From: a virus
IMG/VR virus record: IMGVR_UViG_3300035698_016797
Location: 64,001-128,000 of that record
Reading direction: 5' to 3' (one strand)
Length of the DNA: 64,000 nucleotides
This document shows positions 18,497 to 27,731 of this stretch, one piece after another (positions within the stretch are counted from its first letter, which is position 1; each line of letters begins with the position of its first letter). The notes beneath the pieces were generated by a model, which saw only the letters and a program-made list of their open reading frames with translations, was not told where the DNA came from and searched no databases. A program made the translations under genes and the position numbers.

Positions 18497-19649
18497 CTCT
18501 TACTTCCTTTATTACGTCTGCCATTTTCCGACAGGCGTGTGTCCACGTCCACTTGTTACACATATCCTGTCTGGCATTCCTGCCAATACGACAACCGTTC
18601 TGAGGATCGCTATACAACCCTCTCATTGTAGCGACAAGATGATCCTCATCAACCTCTGCCCATTTGTGTCCAACATAAGCCTTGTTGTGAGGCATGTCTT
18701 CATGGTTGATTCCTTTTAATTCATAATCAATAAGAAGACTGTTTTCGTCAGTCATGTACTCTGTATTACCGCTCCAGTTTACACCTATGGTTGGCAGTCC
18801 AGAAGACATAGCTTCAGAATGCGTAAGAGACCATCCTTCTCCACGGCTTGGAAGCACATAAGCGTCCAGTGCGGTATAGAACGATGACATATCTTCTTCT
18901 TTTAGCATGTCTGTGAACAAAATTATTGGAGGAAGGTCTGCGCCTTGTCCAAACGAAGCTTTGATTTCTGCAATTTCATTCTTAACCTTGCTCACGCTCT
19001 CATTGATTGGATGCTGATAATATACTTTGAGAACTAGAACTACATCCTTCTTTCCTTGAAACGCACTATAGTATGCCTTAATAAGGGCACGAGGATTCTT
19101 ACGTTCTGTCCATTCAAAATTAGAACCAAACGCATACCTTCCTGCAATTGCCTCAACAGCCTCTTCAAGGGGCAAAACATCTGGATTGTATCTGTCAACA
19201 TCCACTCCGTGAGGAACAACATAGATTGGCCTATCAATACCAGACTCTTGGAAGGTTCTCTTGTTAAACTGAGAATACGTTACAACTGCATTCATTGCCC
19301 TCATTGGAAGAACCCACAAAATAGGCAAACGATCAGTCTCAAACGTTGTAACACCAATAAAGTTGTCCACATTGCGCTGAATCATATAGTTTTCTGGAGT
19401 AAGATTGTACGCAACAGTAATATCTTTTTGGTCAATAGGAATGGGGTTGTGCGCCATACCTTCAAGCCTTGAAATAACTCTACGCAAATCGAGCTTTTCT
19501 CCATGCCAAAAACTCTTGTTCATCAGCTTAATGTTGAACTCATTTAGATCGTCAAGTCCAAGGACGTAGTTTCTGGTGGCCTCTCCATACCCGCTTGGGT
19601 CTGTTGCCGCACCCATCCAAATTAGAAATGGTTTCTTTTCTTCTGACAT
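18489..19649 (-). CDS. GT4-family glycosyltransferase
   Basis: SGYGEA, TTFETD, VPHGVD, ERKNP, VLPSRGEGWSLTHSEAMSSGLP. Start at 19649 is TAATG-coupled with a GGAGG SD. Confidence 0.9.
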   Translation of the reverse strand: MSEEKKPFLIWMGAATDPSGYGEATRNYVLGLDDLNEFNIKLMNKSFWHGEKLDLRRVISRLEGMAHNPIPIDQKDITVAYNLTPENYMIQRNVDNFIGVTTFETDRLPILWVLPMRAMNAVVTYSQFNKRTFQESGIDRPIYVVPHGVDVDRYNPDVLPLEEAVEAIAGRYAFGSNFEWTERKNPRALIKAYYSAFQGKKDVVLVLKVYYQHPINESVSKVKNEIAEIKASFGQGADLPPIILFTDMLKEEDMSSFYTALDAYVLPSRGEGWSLTHSEAMSSGLPTIGVNWSGNTEYMTDENSLLIDYELKGINHEDMPHNKAYVGHKWAEVDEDHLVATMRGLYSDPQNGCRIGRNARQDMCNKWTWTHACRKMADVIKEVRGV

Positions 19650-21073
19650 TAGAGTTCCTCCGTTCCATAAGAACTTGGACCAGATACATCCTCGGATATT
19701 CCTGTTTTGGGAGTGTAGTCCAGTGTTAGATTGATTAGATCCTGCCATTCTGAGTTAACTCTCTCCCAAGAATAACCCTTTGCTCTCGCCCTTGAGAGGC
19801 CAGACAGGACTTCACGATACTCATCTCCTACAATCACAGACTCTTTTGGCCAACCATAGTTTTCATTGATATATTTTCCCCACTTGGTCCAAAATACATC
19901 GCTGTCGTTATAATATAACCTGTCAAGACGCATACAGTAGTCAAAAAGATCAACAACCGCACGCTCAATATTGGTTAATGGTTCAGTCATAAACTCAGAA
20001 ACCTTAATCAGCTCTCCAGCACCCTTTACAAAATCTACATGTGCAGAATAGTCCGTGACAACTACCGGAGTTCCACAAGCCATAGCTTCTAGGATTGGAA
20101 GACCCCATCCTTCTCCAGAGGTTGGCAGTGTAAACACGTCAAACGACGCCATAATCTCTGCCAGTCTATGAATTTCAACACCATGCCCAACCTGTAATCC
20201 TCTTGGGTATGCAATCTTACCTGATAATCCGAAACGTTGAATCAATTCATAAATATTCCATCCACAATCGTTGAGTGCCATGTGCATGTAAAAACGAACA
20301 TCTTCTTTTGGTTCTCCATTAACTACATTTACACTCTCACATGCTTGACATTGTTTTGAAATCTCAAACCTAAGCTCTCCACAGTCAGAGCATACTGTAT
20401 ACCCATTAAGGAATAGACGTGCCGTCTTAAACAACCTTGGAAGATACTTCCTTGGCTGATTACGAGCTACACACCCTACAATGAACTTGTTTTCACCTCC
20501 AAATTGCTTCTTCATTTCCTTTCTTGCATCTTCCTCTATGGGTTTGAAGATATCCAGGTCAACTGCATGATTAATGGTTGTTAAGTTTGTTAATCCTGGG
20601 TTTCGTTGTGTAACAACTTTCTTGCCAAAATCACCATACAAAACCGTTACGTCTGCTTTTGCAAAAGTATCAGTCCACTTCTTAGGAATTGGCATTCCAT
20701 CAATAGGAACATACAAGATGAGCTTATACTTGAATTCATTCCTAGCTGGACCAATAGCTGTGTGCTCTACCATCCAAGAATCTCCAACACAAAGAACCAA
20801 GTCAGGCTTGTATTTCTCTACCACCTTGGGGAAGGTGTGAGCTGCATATTTGTCCATCTCCATCCTCATTCTGTCAGTCTGGTCGGTGGTAAAGATTTCG
20901 TACGGAACAATCTCCTCCGTCTCCTTGTGAAACCATCCTATTGTCTTGACTTCATACTCTCCAGTGTTGTACAAATGAAGAGCTACATTCTTGATAATTC
21001 TGGCAAACCCAGTGTGAATACAGCTACTATCTCCAACGAGTAATATTCTTGGTTTTCTTTTCCATTGTTTCAT
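19649..21073 (-). CDS. GT4-family glycosyltransferase with internal CxxC...CxxC insertion
   Basis: HTGFAR, INHAVD, VARNQPRK, TLPTSGEGWGLPILEAMACGTPVV; insert CSDC...CQAC. Confidence 0.9.
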   Translation of the reverse strand: MKQWKRKPRILLVGDSSCIHTGFARIIKNVALHLYNTGEYEVKTIGWFHKETEEIVPYEIFTTDQTDRMRMEMDKYAAHTFPKVVEKYKPDLVLCVGDSWMVEHTAIGPARNEFKYKLILYVPIDGMPIPKKWTDTFAKADVTVLYGDFGKKVVTQRNPGLTNLTTINHAVDLDIFKPIEEDARKEMKKQFGGENKFIVGCVARNQPRKYLPRLFKTARLFLNGYTVCSDCGELRFEISKQCQACESVNVVNGEPKEDVRFYMHMALNDCGWNIYELIQRFGLSGKIAYPRGLQVGHGVEIHRLAEIMASFDVFTLPTSGEGWGLPILEAMACGTPVVVTDYSAHVDFVKGAGELIKVSEFMTEPLTNIERAVVDLFDYCMRLDRLYYNDSDVFWTKWGKYINENYGWPKESVIVGDEYREVLSGLSRARAKGYSWERVNSEWQDLINLTLDYTPKTGISEDVSGPSSYGTEEL

Positions 21074-21083
21074 TGTATGTTTC

Positions 21084-22193
21084 CTACTTTATTGTTAGAT
21101 ATGGAGTGCCTTCTTCTCTAATAGCACTGCTTTCCAGAATGTCTAATGCGTGTTTGTCACCTTTAAATGCATTTCTTACAGCACCACTGCTAACATTAAT
21201 CAGGTGTTCTGAAACACCTCTCTCGTCAGCAAGCTTCTGTACAAGGTTTGCATCATACTTAATAGATTTTTTTGAAGATAAATGAGCGGTCTTTCCTCCA
21301 GCCTTAATGGATTTGATACCACGATCCTTTAGAATTCCTGCAACCCAATCATCAATTCTCTTTTTCTCTCTCTTTAGAGACGTTAAAGCATATGAGATTT
21401 TTAACGAAGCTTCTATGATTGCCTCAAGAGATACGGACCCGTCTTCATTTTCAAATGAGTAAAATTCTTCTCCATTTTGAACCCTCTGAAACTCTGGACA
21501 CTCTTTGCGAAACGGACAGTTCCAACAAAAAGTATTCAGTGTTGCACTAGGAGTGTCGTTACGCAAAATCTGTTCAACTAAAAACTCAAGGTAAACCCTA
21601 TACTCCTGGACCCTGTTGTATGGAACTTCAATACTCTTCCTCAATCCAGTACGTATGTAATAATAAGAGAATACAATTCTCTCTATCTCTGGAAACTTGC
21701 CAGACTCATACACCCACAACGGATACATATTGGTCTGATGACTGGCACGCATCTCTCCAATTGTAGGAACAAATCTTCCGCTCTTATAGTCGATGACCTC
21801 CATTGTGGTTGCATCTTTGAGTCTTAACATGTCTATCTTTCCCAAAATGGTTATACCAGAATCAAACGTGTGCTCCATTTCAACCTCTGTGTCTATAACA
21901 AGAGCATCATCTCTTGGAAATGAAGAAATAGTATCAACAACCATCCTCATTGCCTCTTCAAATTCATCAAAGTCTGCACAATTTTCCTCTCTTTTTGCCA
22001 TGTCAAAAGACTCTTCTACATCAAAATCAAACGGAGGGCGATAGTAAAGCTCAAGCACTTTGTGTGCAAAATTTCCTGCATCCATAGCTACACTTCCAGG
22101 CTGTCTAATTCCGTCTTCGTATTTTACTTTGTACCTCAAGGCACACTGTTCGTATAGAGAAGCCCTTGATGGGCTAATTTTTTCACATTTCAT
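21084..22193 (-). CDS. PD-(D/E)XK nuclease (AddB/Cas4-like, probable Fe-S staple)
   Basis: SPSRASLYEQC, GNFAHKVLE, GKIDML...VIDYKSG, QTNMY, CWNCPFRKEC. Confidence 0.9.
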   Translation of the reverse strand: MKCEKISPSRASLYEQCALRYKVKYEDGIRQPGSVAMDAGNFAHKVLELYYRPPFDFDVEESFDMAKREENCADFDEFEEAMRMVVDTISSFPRDDALVIDTEVEMEHTFDSGITILGKIDMLRLKDATTMEVIDYKSGRFVPTIGEMRASHQTNMYPLWVYESGKFPEIERIVFSYYYIRTGLRKSIEVPYNRVQEYRVYLEFLVEQILRNDTPSATLNTFCWNCPFRKECPEFQRVQNGEEFYSFENEDGSVSLEAIIEASLKISYALTSLKREKKRIDDWVAGILKDRGIKSIKAGGKTAHLSSKKSIKYDANLVQKLADERGVSEHLINVSSGAVRNAFKGDKHALDILESSAIREEGTPYLTIK

Positions 22194-22195
22194 AG

Positions 22196-22852
22196 TTAAT
22201 GCCTTTTATAAAATTTAAGCATAGCATCTTCAAGTAGGGAAGCATATCCCTCATCAGCTAAGCTTTGTAAACCCTTGTCTGTGATTCCAGCTTTTTTTCT
22301 GATACTCTTTGGGATCAGAGCTTCTCTCTGTGGATTTGAAAGTGAAGATGCACTCTTCTCTCCGTTTACAATCGCAATAATAGTTTGCATTGTCTCGGTC
22401 AAGATATATGAATCCGCTTCATTGTCATCCTTAAAAGCTATTCCACACTGTTGATATACCATACTGAGGTACAACTTCTTATCCTTCTTATTTACGGCAC
22501 CATTGCCAAAAAAGAACTTCTTATGATTTGCAGGAGGGATAACATACAACGGCAAAGATCTTCGATGAAAAAGCAGGTCAAGACAGCCAACCAGTTCACC
22601 ATTTTCGCACATCGAAGAACTTCTTCCTTTTGAGTTGTATGAATACCCCTCCCTAACTCCTACAATACCTTTCATGTCTTCAGCGGTTAAGCAGCTGTCA
22701 AACAGTTGTTCAAAAGCTTTGACAATCCAATCAACCCTACCTATACCTCGCATCTTTTTCGTTTCGAGGACAAGAACCTCGTAAGAAAATTCACCCTTGC
22801 GAATGCAGACACCAGTTGCTGTCAATGATTGATCTATGCCAACTATAATCAT
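22196..22852 (-). CDS. RuvC-like Holliday junction resolvase
   Basis: MIIVGIDQSLTATG, VREGYSY, PPANHKKFFFGNG, DDNEADS. Confidence 0.85.
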   Translation of the reverse strand: MIIVGIDQSLTATGVCIRKGEFSYEVLVLETKKMRGIGRVDWIVKAFEQLFDSCLTAEDMKGIVGVREGYSYNSKGRSSSMCENGELVGCLDLLFHRRSLPLYVIPPANHKKFFFGNGAVNKKDKKLYLSMVYQQCGIAFKDDNEADSYILTETMQTIIAIVNGEKSASSLSNPQREALIPKSIRKKAGITDKGLQSLADEGYASLLEDAMLKFYKRH

Positions 22853-23535
22853 TATGCATTAGCTCCTACTTGACTAACGGAGCCATCTTCCTCTACCTTT
22901 GTTACTCCACTTCCGTACATATCTATCACTCCAGTGTCTCCAGTAGTCACCATTGTTTCATAGTATGTAGAGATGCCACGCGAAGAAACATCTTTCATTG
23001 ACTTTGTACCTTTGCGTGTAGCTGTAAAGCTAAGCATGTTTCCAACAGCAATCCCAAGATTTTTTTGAACCTTTGTTAGATCCTGGTTTGCACCAACATA
23101 TGCAAAGGTCCAACGGCCAGTAGCCTGTTTTGCCTTGATAAGTTCAGATAGTTGTTCACTATTGAACCTTTTAGAAGCATTTTCCATTCCATCACTGACT
23201 ATCACAACCAGCACTGACACTCCTTCGTCATTGATGTCAGGAATATTTGCTGACATTCTTGTGATAGTTTCTCCAACCGCATCGTACATGGCGGTGGTTG
23301 TATCTGGAATATATGTTCCCTTATCAAGAGGCTTAACGGTCTTTGGATCAACATTAAAATGCACAACGTTAACCTTCTCACTAAACATTGTCATAACAAG
23401 CCTAGTATCAAGATTCAACGATGCAACCTTGGCCTTTTGCAAGTGCTCATTGAAGCCACTAAGTGCCTCTTCGAGAATACTCGCCATTGAACCACTACTA
23501 TCAAGAACTAATGCTGTATAATTTTTCTTAGCCAT
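22852..23535 (-). CDS. von Willebrand factor A domain protein
   Basis: LVLDSSGSM (MIDAS DxSxS), TAMYDAVG, IVSDGMEN, WTFAYVGAN. Confidence 0.9.
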   Translation of the reverse strand: MAKKNYTALVLDSSGSMASILEEALSGFNEHLQKAKVASLNLDTRLVMTMFSEKVNVVHFNVDPKTVKPLDKGTYIPDTTTAMYDAVGETITRMSANIPDINDEGVSVLVVIVSDGMENASKRFNSEQLSELIKAKQATGRWTFAYVGANQDLTKVQKNLGIAVGNMLSFTATRKGTKSMKDVSSRGISTYYETMVTTGDTGVIDMYGSGVTKVEEDGSVSQVGANA

Positions 23536-23546
23536 TACTCATCTCC

Positions 23547-24005
23547 TTAAAACGGGATGTCATCTGCAAGGTCATCTTCATCGCTCTCTGGAGCAGGCTT
23601 AGCGGGTGCCTTTGCCTCTTCTTTTTCTGGAGGAACATCCATATTAGGATCTGCCTCTCCAAGAATCTTGTAGTCTATTACAAAGAACTCGTGTTCATAC
23701 CTACGATTGCCATCCTTGTCTTCCCACGAACGCGTACGATAAGACGACACTATTCCGATAGGAACATTCGGAGTAAGCTCTTCGGCCATCCTTTCTGCAA
23801 TTTCTCCCCATGCAATTATAGGGACATAAGTACTTCTAAACTTCTTCTCTCCAGAAGTCTGTTCGAGCCAGCTCTCTGTAATCTTTAAATTAACCTTGGT
23901 TAAAATGTTACCACTATCAAAAGTCTTCGTTTCAACTCCCGTTTCATACCTTTTGCTAGGACAAACGGTGCCTTCAAATCTACAAATGTTCTTTTCATCA
24001 GCCAT
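23547..24005 (-). CDS. ssb: Single-stranded DNA-binding protein
   Basis: OB fold with IIAWGEIAE, YRTRSWEDKDGNRRY, and acidic tail ending DDIPF. Confidence 0.92.
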   Translation of the reverse strand: MADEKNICRFEGTVCPSKRYETGVETKTFDSGNILTKVNLKITESWLEQTSGEKKFRSTYVPIIAWGEIAERMAEELTPNVPIGIVSSYRTRSWEDKDGNRRYEHEFFVIDYKILGEADPNMDVPPEKEEAKAPAKPAPESDEDDLADDIPF

Positions 24006-24046
24006 TTTTTAGTCTCCTTATGTATTCCAGGCTTTGTATCTATACT

Positions 24047-25153
24047 TTACTCGCTTGTGATCATATTGCAAGTGATTTTGTTAGAAAAAGACATTAAATT
24101 TTGCAACGTACCACGATCCAAATCTCCCAAATCCTTATCTTCCGGCGGAAGATATTGATACACTGTACAAAAATTCACAATCTGTTTTACATTATTGTGA
24201 GATGCCATAATTCCTTCAGAGTCTCCGTCTAGTGCCATCAAAACACTATGAGAGTGTTCAAGCAACAGTCTTCGCTGTTCAAGCGTGATTACCTTTCCCA
24301 TTAATGCCACAACATTATAGACTCCCATCATCCAACACTTCCACACGTCGGAAAAACCTTCTGCCACAACAACAAACCCTTGTTCTTCTATGTAGGGCAA
24401 AGCGTTGGAAAGATTATATAAGTTATCTCTTTTTTGACTTCCGCTCAATATTTTATACTTGTCTCCAACATAGTATGGATCAAGCACCCTTCCAGACACG
24501 CCAACAATTTCTCTGTCTACATTTCTAAACGGAACAGTTACCCTATCCTCTTTCCATTCGCTCCTATATCTTGGACAAAACCCAACCTGATATGAGGACA
24601 ATACGTCCTTAGAAAAACCTCTTTCAAGGAAGTAGGCGCACTTTCTCCTAGTACACTCTTCTATAAAAGCCTCATTAATATCAGGACACACGTAGTCTCC
24701 TATTCTTTTTCTGTCCCTTAGCATTTCTTTTCGAAATGCCGCAACATCTTCCATGTCTCTATTCCTAGAGACGTAGACCTCTTCGTAGTCATCAAGGCTC
24801 ACCCCTACAAAAGAGGCAACCCAGGCTATCGACTTTGGAAATGACACATCATACAGCTTCATTACCAGAGAGTATACATCTCCGGCATCACTGCACTTAG
24901 TTCTACACATCCATCTCAGAGGTCTTTGTCCTGTCACATCATAGTCTATAGAGAAAGCTGTTGTATTATCTCCTTTATGAATAGGACATGTTCCTCTAAT
25001 CTGGCCATATCTATCCTTTGCAATCATCAATCCAACCTTATCTGCAAGTTTGTATGCGTCTACACGCTTCGCAAGGTCATCAAGCTGGTCTTTTGTTAGT
25101 CTAGTGCTCATTTTATCACTCCAATGACCCTTTTTCTGACTGCGCAATAACAT
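24047..25153 (-). CDS. dnaG: DnaG-like DNA primase
   Basis: CPIH...CRTKC zinc finger, RVTVPF, GVSGR, Toprim VAEGFSD and LDGD; likely start MSTRL. Confidence 0.92.
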   Translation of the reverse strand: MLLRSQKKGHWSDKMSTRLTKDQLDDLAKRVDAYKLADKVGLMIAKDRYGQIRGTCPIHKGDNTTAFSIDYDVTGQRPLRWMCRTKCSDAGDVYSLVMKLYDVSFPKSIAWVASFVGVSLDDYEEVYVSRNRDMEDVAAFRKEMLRDRKRIGDYVCPDINEAFIEECTRRKCAYFLERGFSKDVLSSYQVGFCPRYRSEWKEDRVTVPFRNVDREIVGVSGRVLDPYYVGDKYKILSGSQKRDNLYNLSNALPYIEEQGFVVVAEGFSDVWKCWMMGVYNVVALMGKVITLEQRRLLLEHSHSVLMALDGDSEGIMASHNNVKQIVNFCTVYQYLPPEDKDLGDLDRGTLQNLMSFSNKITCNMITSE

Positions 25154-26702
25154 TAGTGCTAGTGTCTTCTACTCCATATTTTCTTTCCCTTTTACTGTCT
25201 GCACCGTTTGCGCTCCTAACTTCCTTTAGAATGTCTTCTGGGACATTGCATTCTTGATAGGATATTTTTGGACCACTATACATTAGGGGTATTCCCTCAA
25301 AACATGTTGGACCCTGTCTTTGATCTACAACATGTAACATCTGATTAAAGTAAAATTCTGGATCATAACGGTTAACAACAGCAAGTTCTGATTCCGTAAG
25401 CTTCCTAAGCCAAATCAAACATGTGCAAAAACGAAGTAGTCTGTCTGAGTCTGCGAGAAACTTGTCAGCATATTCGGCAGACGTACCATCAACATCCTTT
25501 CCTTTGCCAGACCTGTTAGCCTGTGCCCCTGCAACCACAGGAACATCAAGTTCACGGGCTATGTTTTTAATTGCAGTAGCTATGTATCCAAGTTCTTGGT
25601 ATTCTTTGACATTATTTCCAAACCCACCACCATCTACAACCTTGAGCCAATCATAAACAATGAGACAAGGTTTAGTTTTCATCTCTCCGTTAATCTCTTC
25701 CTCTCCAACGTGCTGAGTCTTAAACTGGCGACACCTACTGATTAACTCCTCTTTCGATAAGCCTTTAACTGCGGAATAAAAGAACGGTGCATTATTAAAC
25801 AGACTAACAACGTCATTAACTTTCTTGGTTTTATCGACGTCGTCTGCAAACTTTCCGTCAAGAATATCCCACTCCTCTACGTCTGCCCACCTTGCAATTG
25901 CCCTTGACAACTGCTCCTCTTCTGACATTTCTGTATCCAAATAAAGAACTGGTATGTTTTGATGACAAGCTACATCTATAGCCATGTTGAGAAAGAATGC
26001 AGACTTCCCTGTCTTCGGACGTGCAAAAACAATGATCAACTGCTTCCTTCTAACTCTGTTTAATACCTCCATCAACTGAGGAAAAAGTCCAACATCAATA
26101 CCTGCACTGTTTGTTCCTCGCGCAAGAATACATCCCTCAACAAACTTTTCAGCCATCTCTCCCAGCTTAACAATATCCTGGTTCCCTCTGTCTGAGGAGA
26201 TGTTTAGAATCATTTTTTCTACGTCTGCTAAAAACTCTCTCCTTGGTACGCGAGATGCGTCGAGAGCTTCTCTCTGAATTTCGCGAGCCTTACGATATGT
26301 GTGTACCCTATCACTTCTTTGTCTTAGGGTTTCGACATACTGATCAAACGATTCTGTTTTTGCAGGAGACTTCTCTATCAACTCAAGATGCTCCATATCT
26401 CCAACCTTCTTTAGGAATGCATCTCCTCTTCCAAGTTCCTTTGCCGCCGACAACATAGACATCGAGTCGTAGAAGGCGTCTTTTCCATCTCTGAGTTGTC
26501 TGTTGTGTAAGTATACCATCGTTTGATAAATGGTTCTGTTGTACAGATTAAAGATATCTTCGGGCTTAATAGACAGTCTCGCCTGTGCCATAAGTACAGG
26601 ATCTTTCATAATTGCCGACAAGAGTGCCCTTTCTGCTCCGGTATCATACATTGATGATTCTTCATCGAAGAATTGTTCTTCTTGTATTATCGTTTTAGCC
26701 AT
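25116..26702 (-). CDS. dnaB: DnaB-like replicative helicase
   Basis: N-terminal AERALLSAI domain, Walker A ARPKTGKS, LDTEM, VYDW, GAQANR. Confidence 0.92.
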   Translation of the reverse strand: MAKTIIQEEQFFDEESSMYDTGAERALLSAIMKDPVLMAQARLSIKPEDIFNLYNRTIYQTMVYLHNRQLRDGKDAFYDSMSMLSAAKELGRGDAFLKKVGDMEHLELIEKSPAKTESFDQYVETLRQRSDRVHTYRKAREIQREALDASRVPRREFLADVEKMILNISSDRGNQDIVKLGEMAEKFVEGCILARGTNSAGIDVGLFPQLMEVLNRVRRKQLIIVFARPKTGKSAFFLNMAIDVACHQNIPVLYLDTEMSEEEQLSRAIARWADVEEWDILDGKFADDVDKTKKVNDVVSLFNNAPFFYSAVKGLSKEELISRCRQFKTQHVGEEEINGEMKTKPCLIVYDWLKVVDGGGFGNNVKEYQELGYIATAIKNIARELDVPVVAGAQANRSGKGKDVDGTSAEYADKFLADSDRLLRFCTCLIWLRKLTESELAVVNRYDPEFYFNQMLHVVDQRQGPTCFEGIPLMYSGPKISYQECNVPEDILKEVRSANGADSKRERKYGVEDTSTNVIAQSEKGSLE

Positions 26703-26713
26703 GTGTTGTTACC

Positions 26714-27409
26714 TTATTTGTTATCGTTTGTATGCTTTGGTGCCAAACTTCCATACTGTACTTCATGTTGACGCATTTGCAAAGTCTTTTTAAGACTGTT
26801 ATCTAATTGTTCTAACACGCTAGCCATCCCATCACACTTAGCACGAAATACCTGAAATGCGTTATGTCGCATCTCTCTTTCTCTCAACTTGGGATATGTA
26901 GCCACAGCCTCAGCTTCTCTTTCTCCAACTGTTTTACCACTACATCTAGTAGAATACAGCTTTAACATTCTCTTAAACTCCACCTTTGACATATCACACA
27001 TCACTCCCCAGTGATTCTCCTTTCCCTTTACAAATACGATATGAGCAGCCAAACACATTTCGTATTCGTGTAGTTTAATCAGTGGGCAATCAAATAGATA
27101 TGCTTGATTCCACCTCATATAATGAATAATTTCTTCGAGAGCATTTCCCTCTTCATAGGAGTCTGGACTTTCCAGAGCAGCTGTTCCAAGTTTCTTAGTT
27201 GCAACATTTGCCAACCTCTTTACTCTGAGCCTGTGTTCCTCTCCGGCAACAGCATGTCTCAAAAGTTCCTCGATCTCTATCTCTTCATGTGCCTCCACAT
27301 CAGATTCTGGAGTCTCAGCTTCGATGTTTTTGATTTTTTCTACCATTTTAGATAGCCTCCATAATTCGCTTGTAAACCAATTTTTCTGTAATCTCTTCGT
27401 TGTAGGCAA
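26714..27409 (-). CDS. Helical hypothetical protein (weak UvsY-like resemblance)
   Basis: Predicted all-alpha with KTVGEREAEAV; lies between RecA and DnaB. Confidence 0.5.
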   Translation of the reverse strand: MPTTKRLQKNWFTSELWRLSKMVEKIKNIEAETPESDVEAHEEIEIEELLRHAVAGEEHRLRVKRLANVATKKLGTAALESPDSYEEGNALEEIIHYMRWNQAYLFDCPLIKLHEYEMCLAAHIVFVKGKENHWGVMCDMSKVEFKRMLKLYSTRCSGKTVGEREAEAVATYPKLREREMRHNAFQVFRAKCDGMASVLEQLDNSLKKTLQMRQHEVQYGSLAPKHTNDNK

Positions 27410-27731
27410 AGGTTATCAGCCTCGCGTGGTTTTCTTTACACCACTCTCTCTTCATAACATCATAGCCTTGTTGTTTTTGAAAGGCAAGTATGTCTTGGTG
27501 AAAATGTCCAACGCGCTCAAAGTGCTGAATTCCATGACACTCAATGGCTATATCCAGTTGCGGAAGAAAAAAGTCTAAGAAAAATGAGTGCTTATTGTTG
27601 AAGTCGTCTACTACTTCAATTTTATGCTCCTGCCACACCTTCTGTAGGGGTAGAATCTTTTTCAGCATTATCAGTAGGATTTTCTGCATCCTGGATGCAT
27701 TCTTTGTCAGTAATGTTCTGTGCTTCGCCAT
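27348..27731 (-). CDS. Small PD-(D/E)XK / DUF559-like endonuclease
   Basis: FFLDFFLP..DIAIECHGIQH...DVMKREWC. Confidence 0.8.
   Translation of the reverse strand: MAKHRTLLTKNASRMQKILLIMLKKILPLQKVWQEHKIEVVDDFNNKHSFFLDFFLPQLDIAIECHGIQHFERVGHFHQDILAFQKQQGYDVMKREWCKENHARLITFAYNEEITEKLVYKRIMEAI

Noticed and set aside
10429-21073. Bacterial chromosomal O-antigen/capsule locus
   Set aside because: No wzx/wzy/ABC exporter or initiating transferase; the genes are coupled to phage-type replication genes on both sides.
21084-22193. cas4 of a CRISPR-Cas locus
   Set aside because: No array or other cas genes; stand-alone Cas4/AddB-like nucleases are common in phage replication modules.
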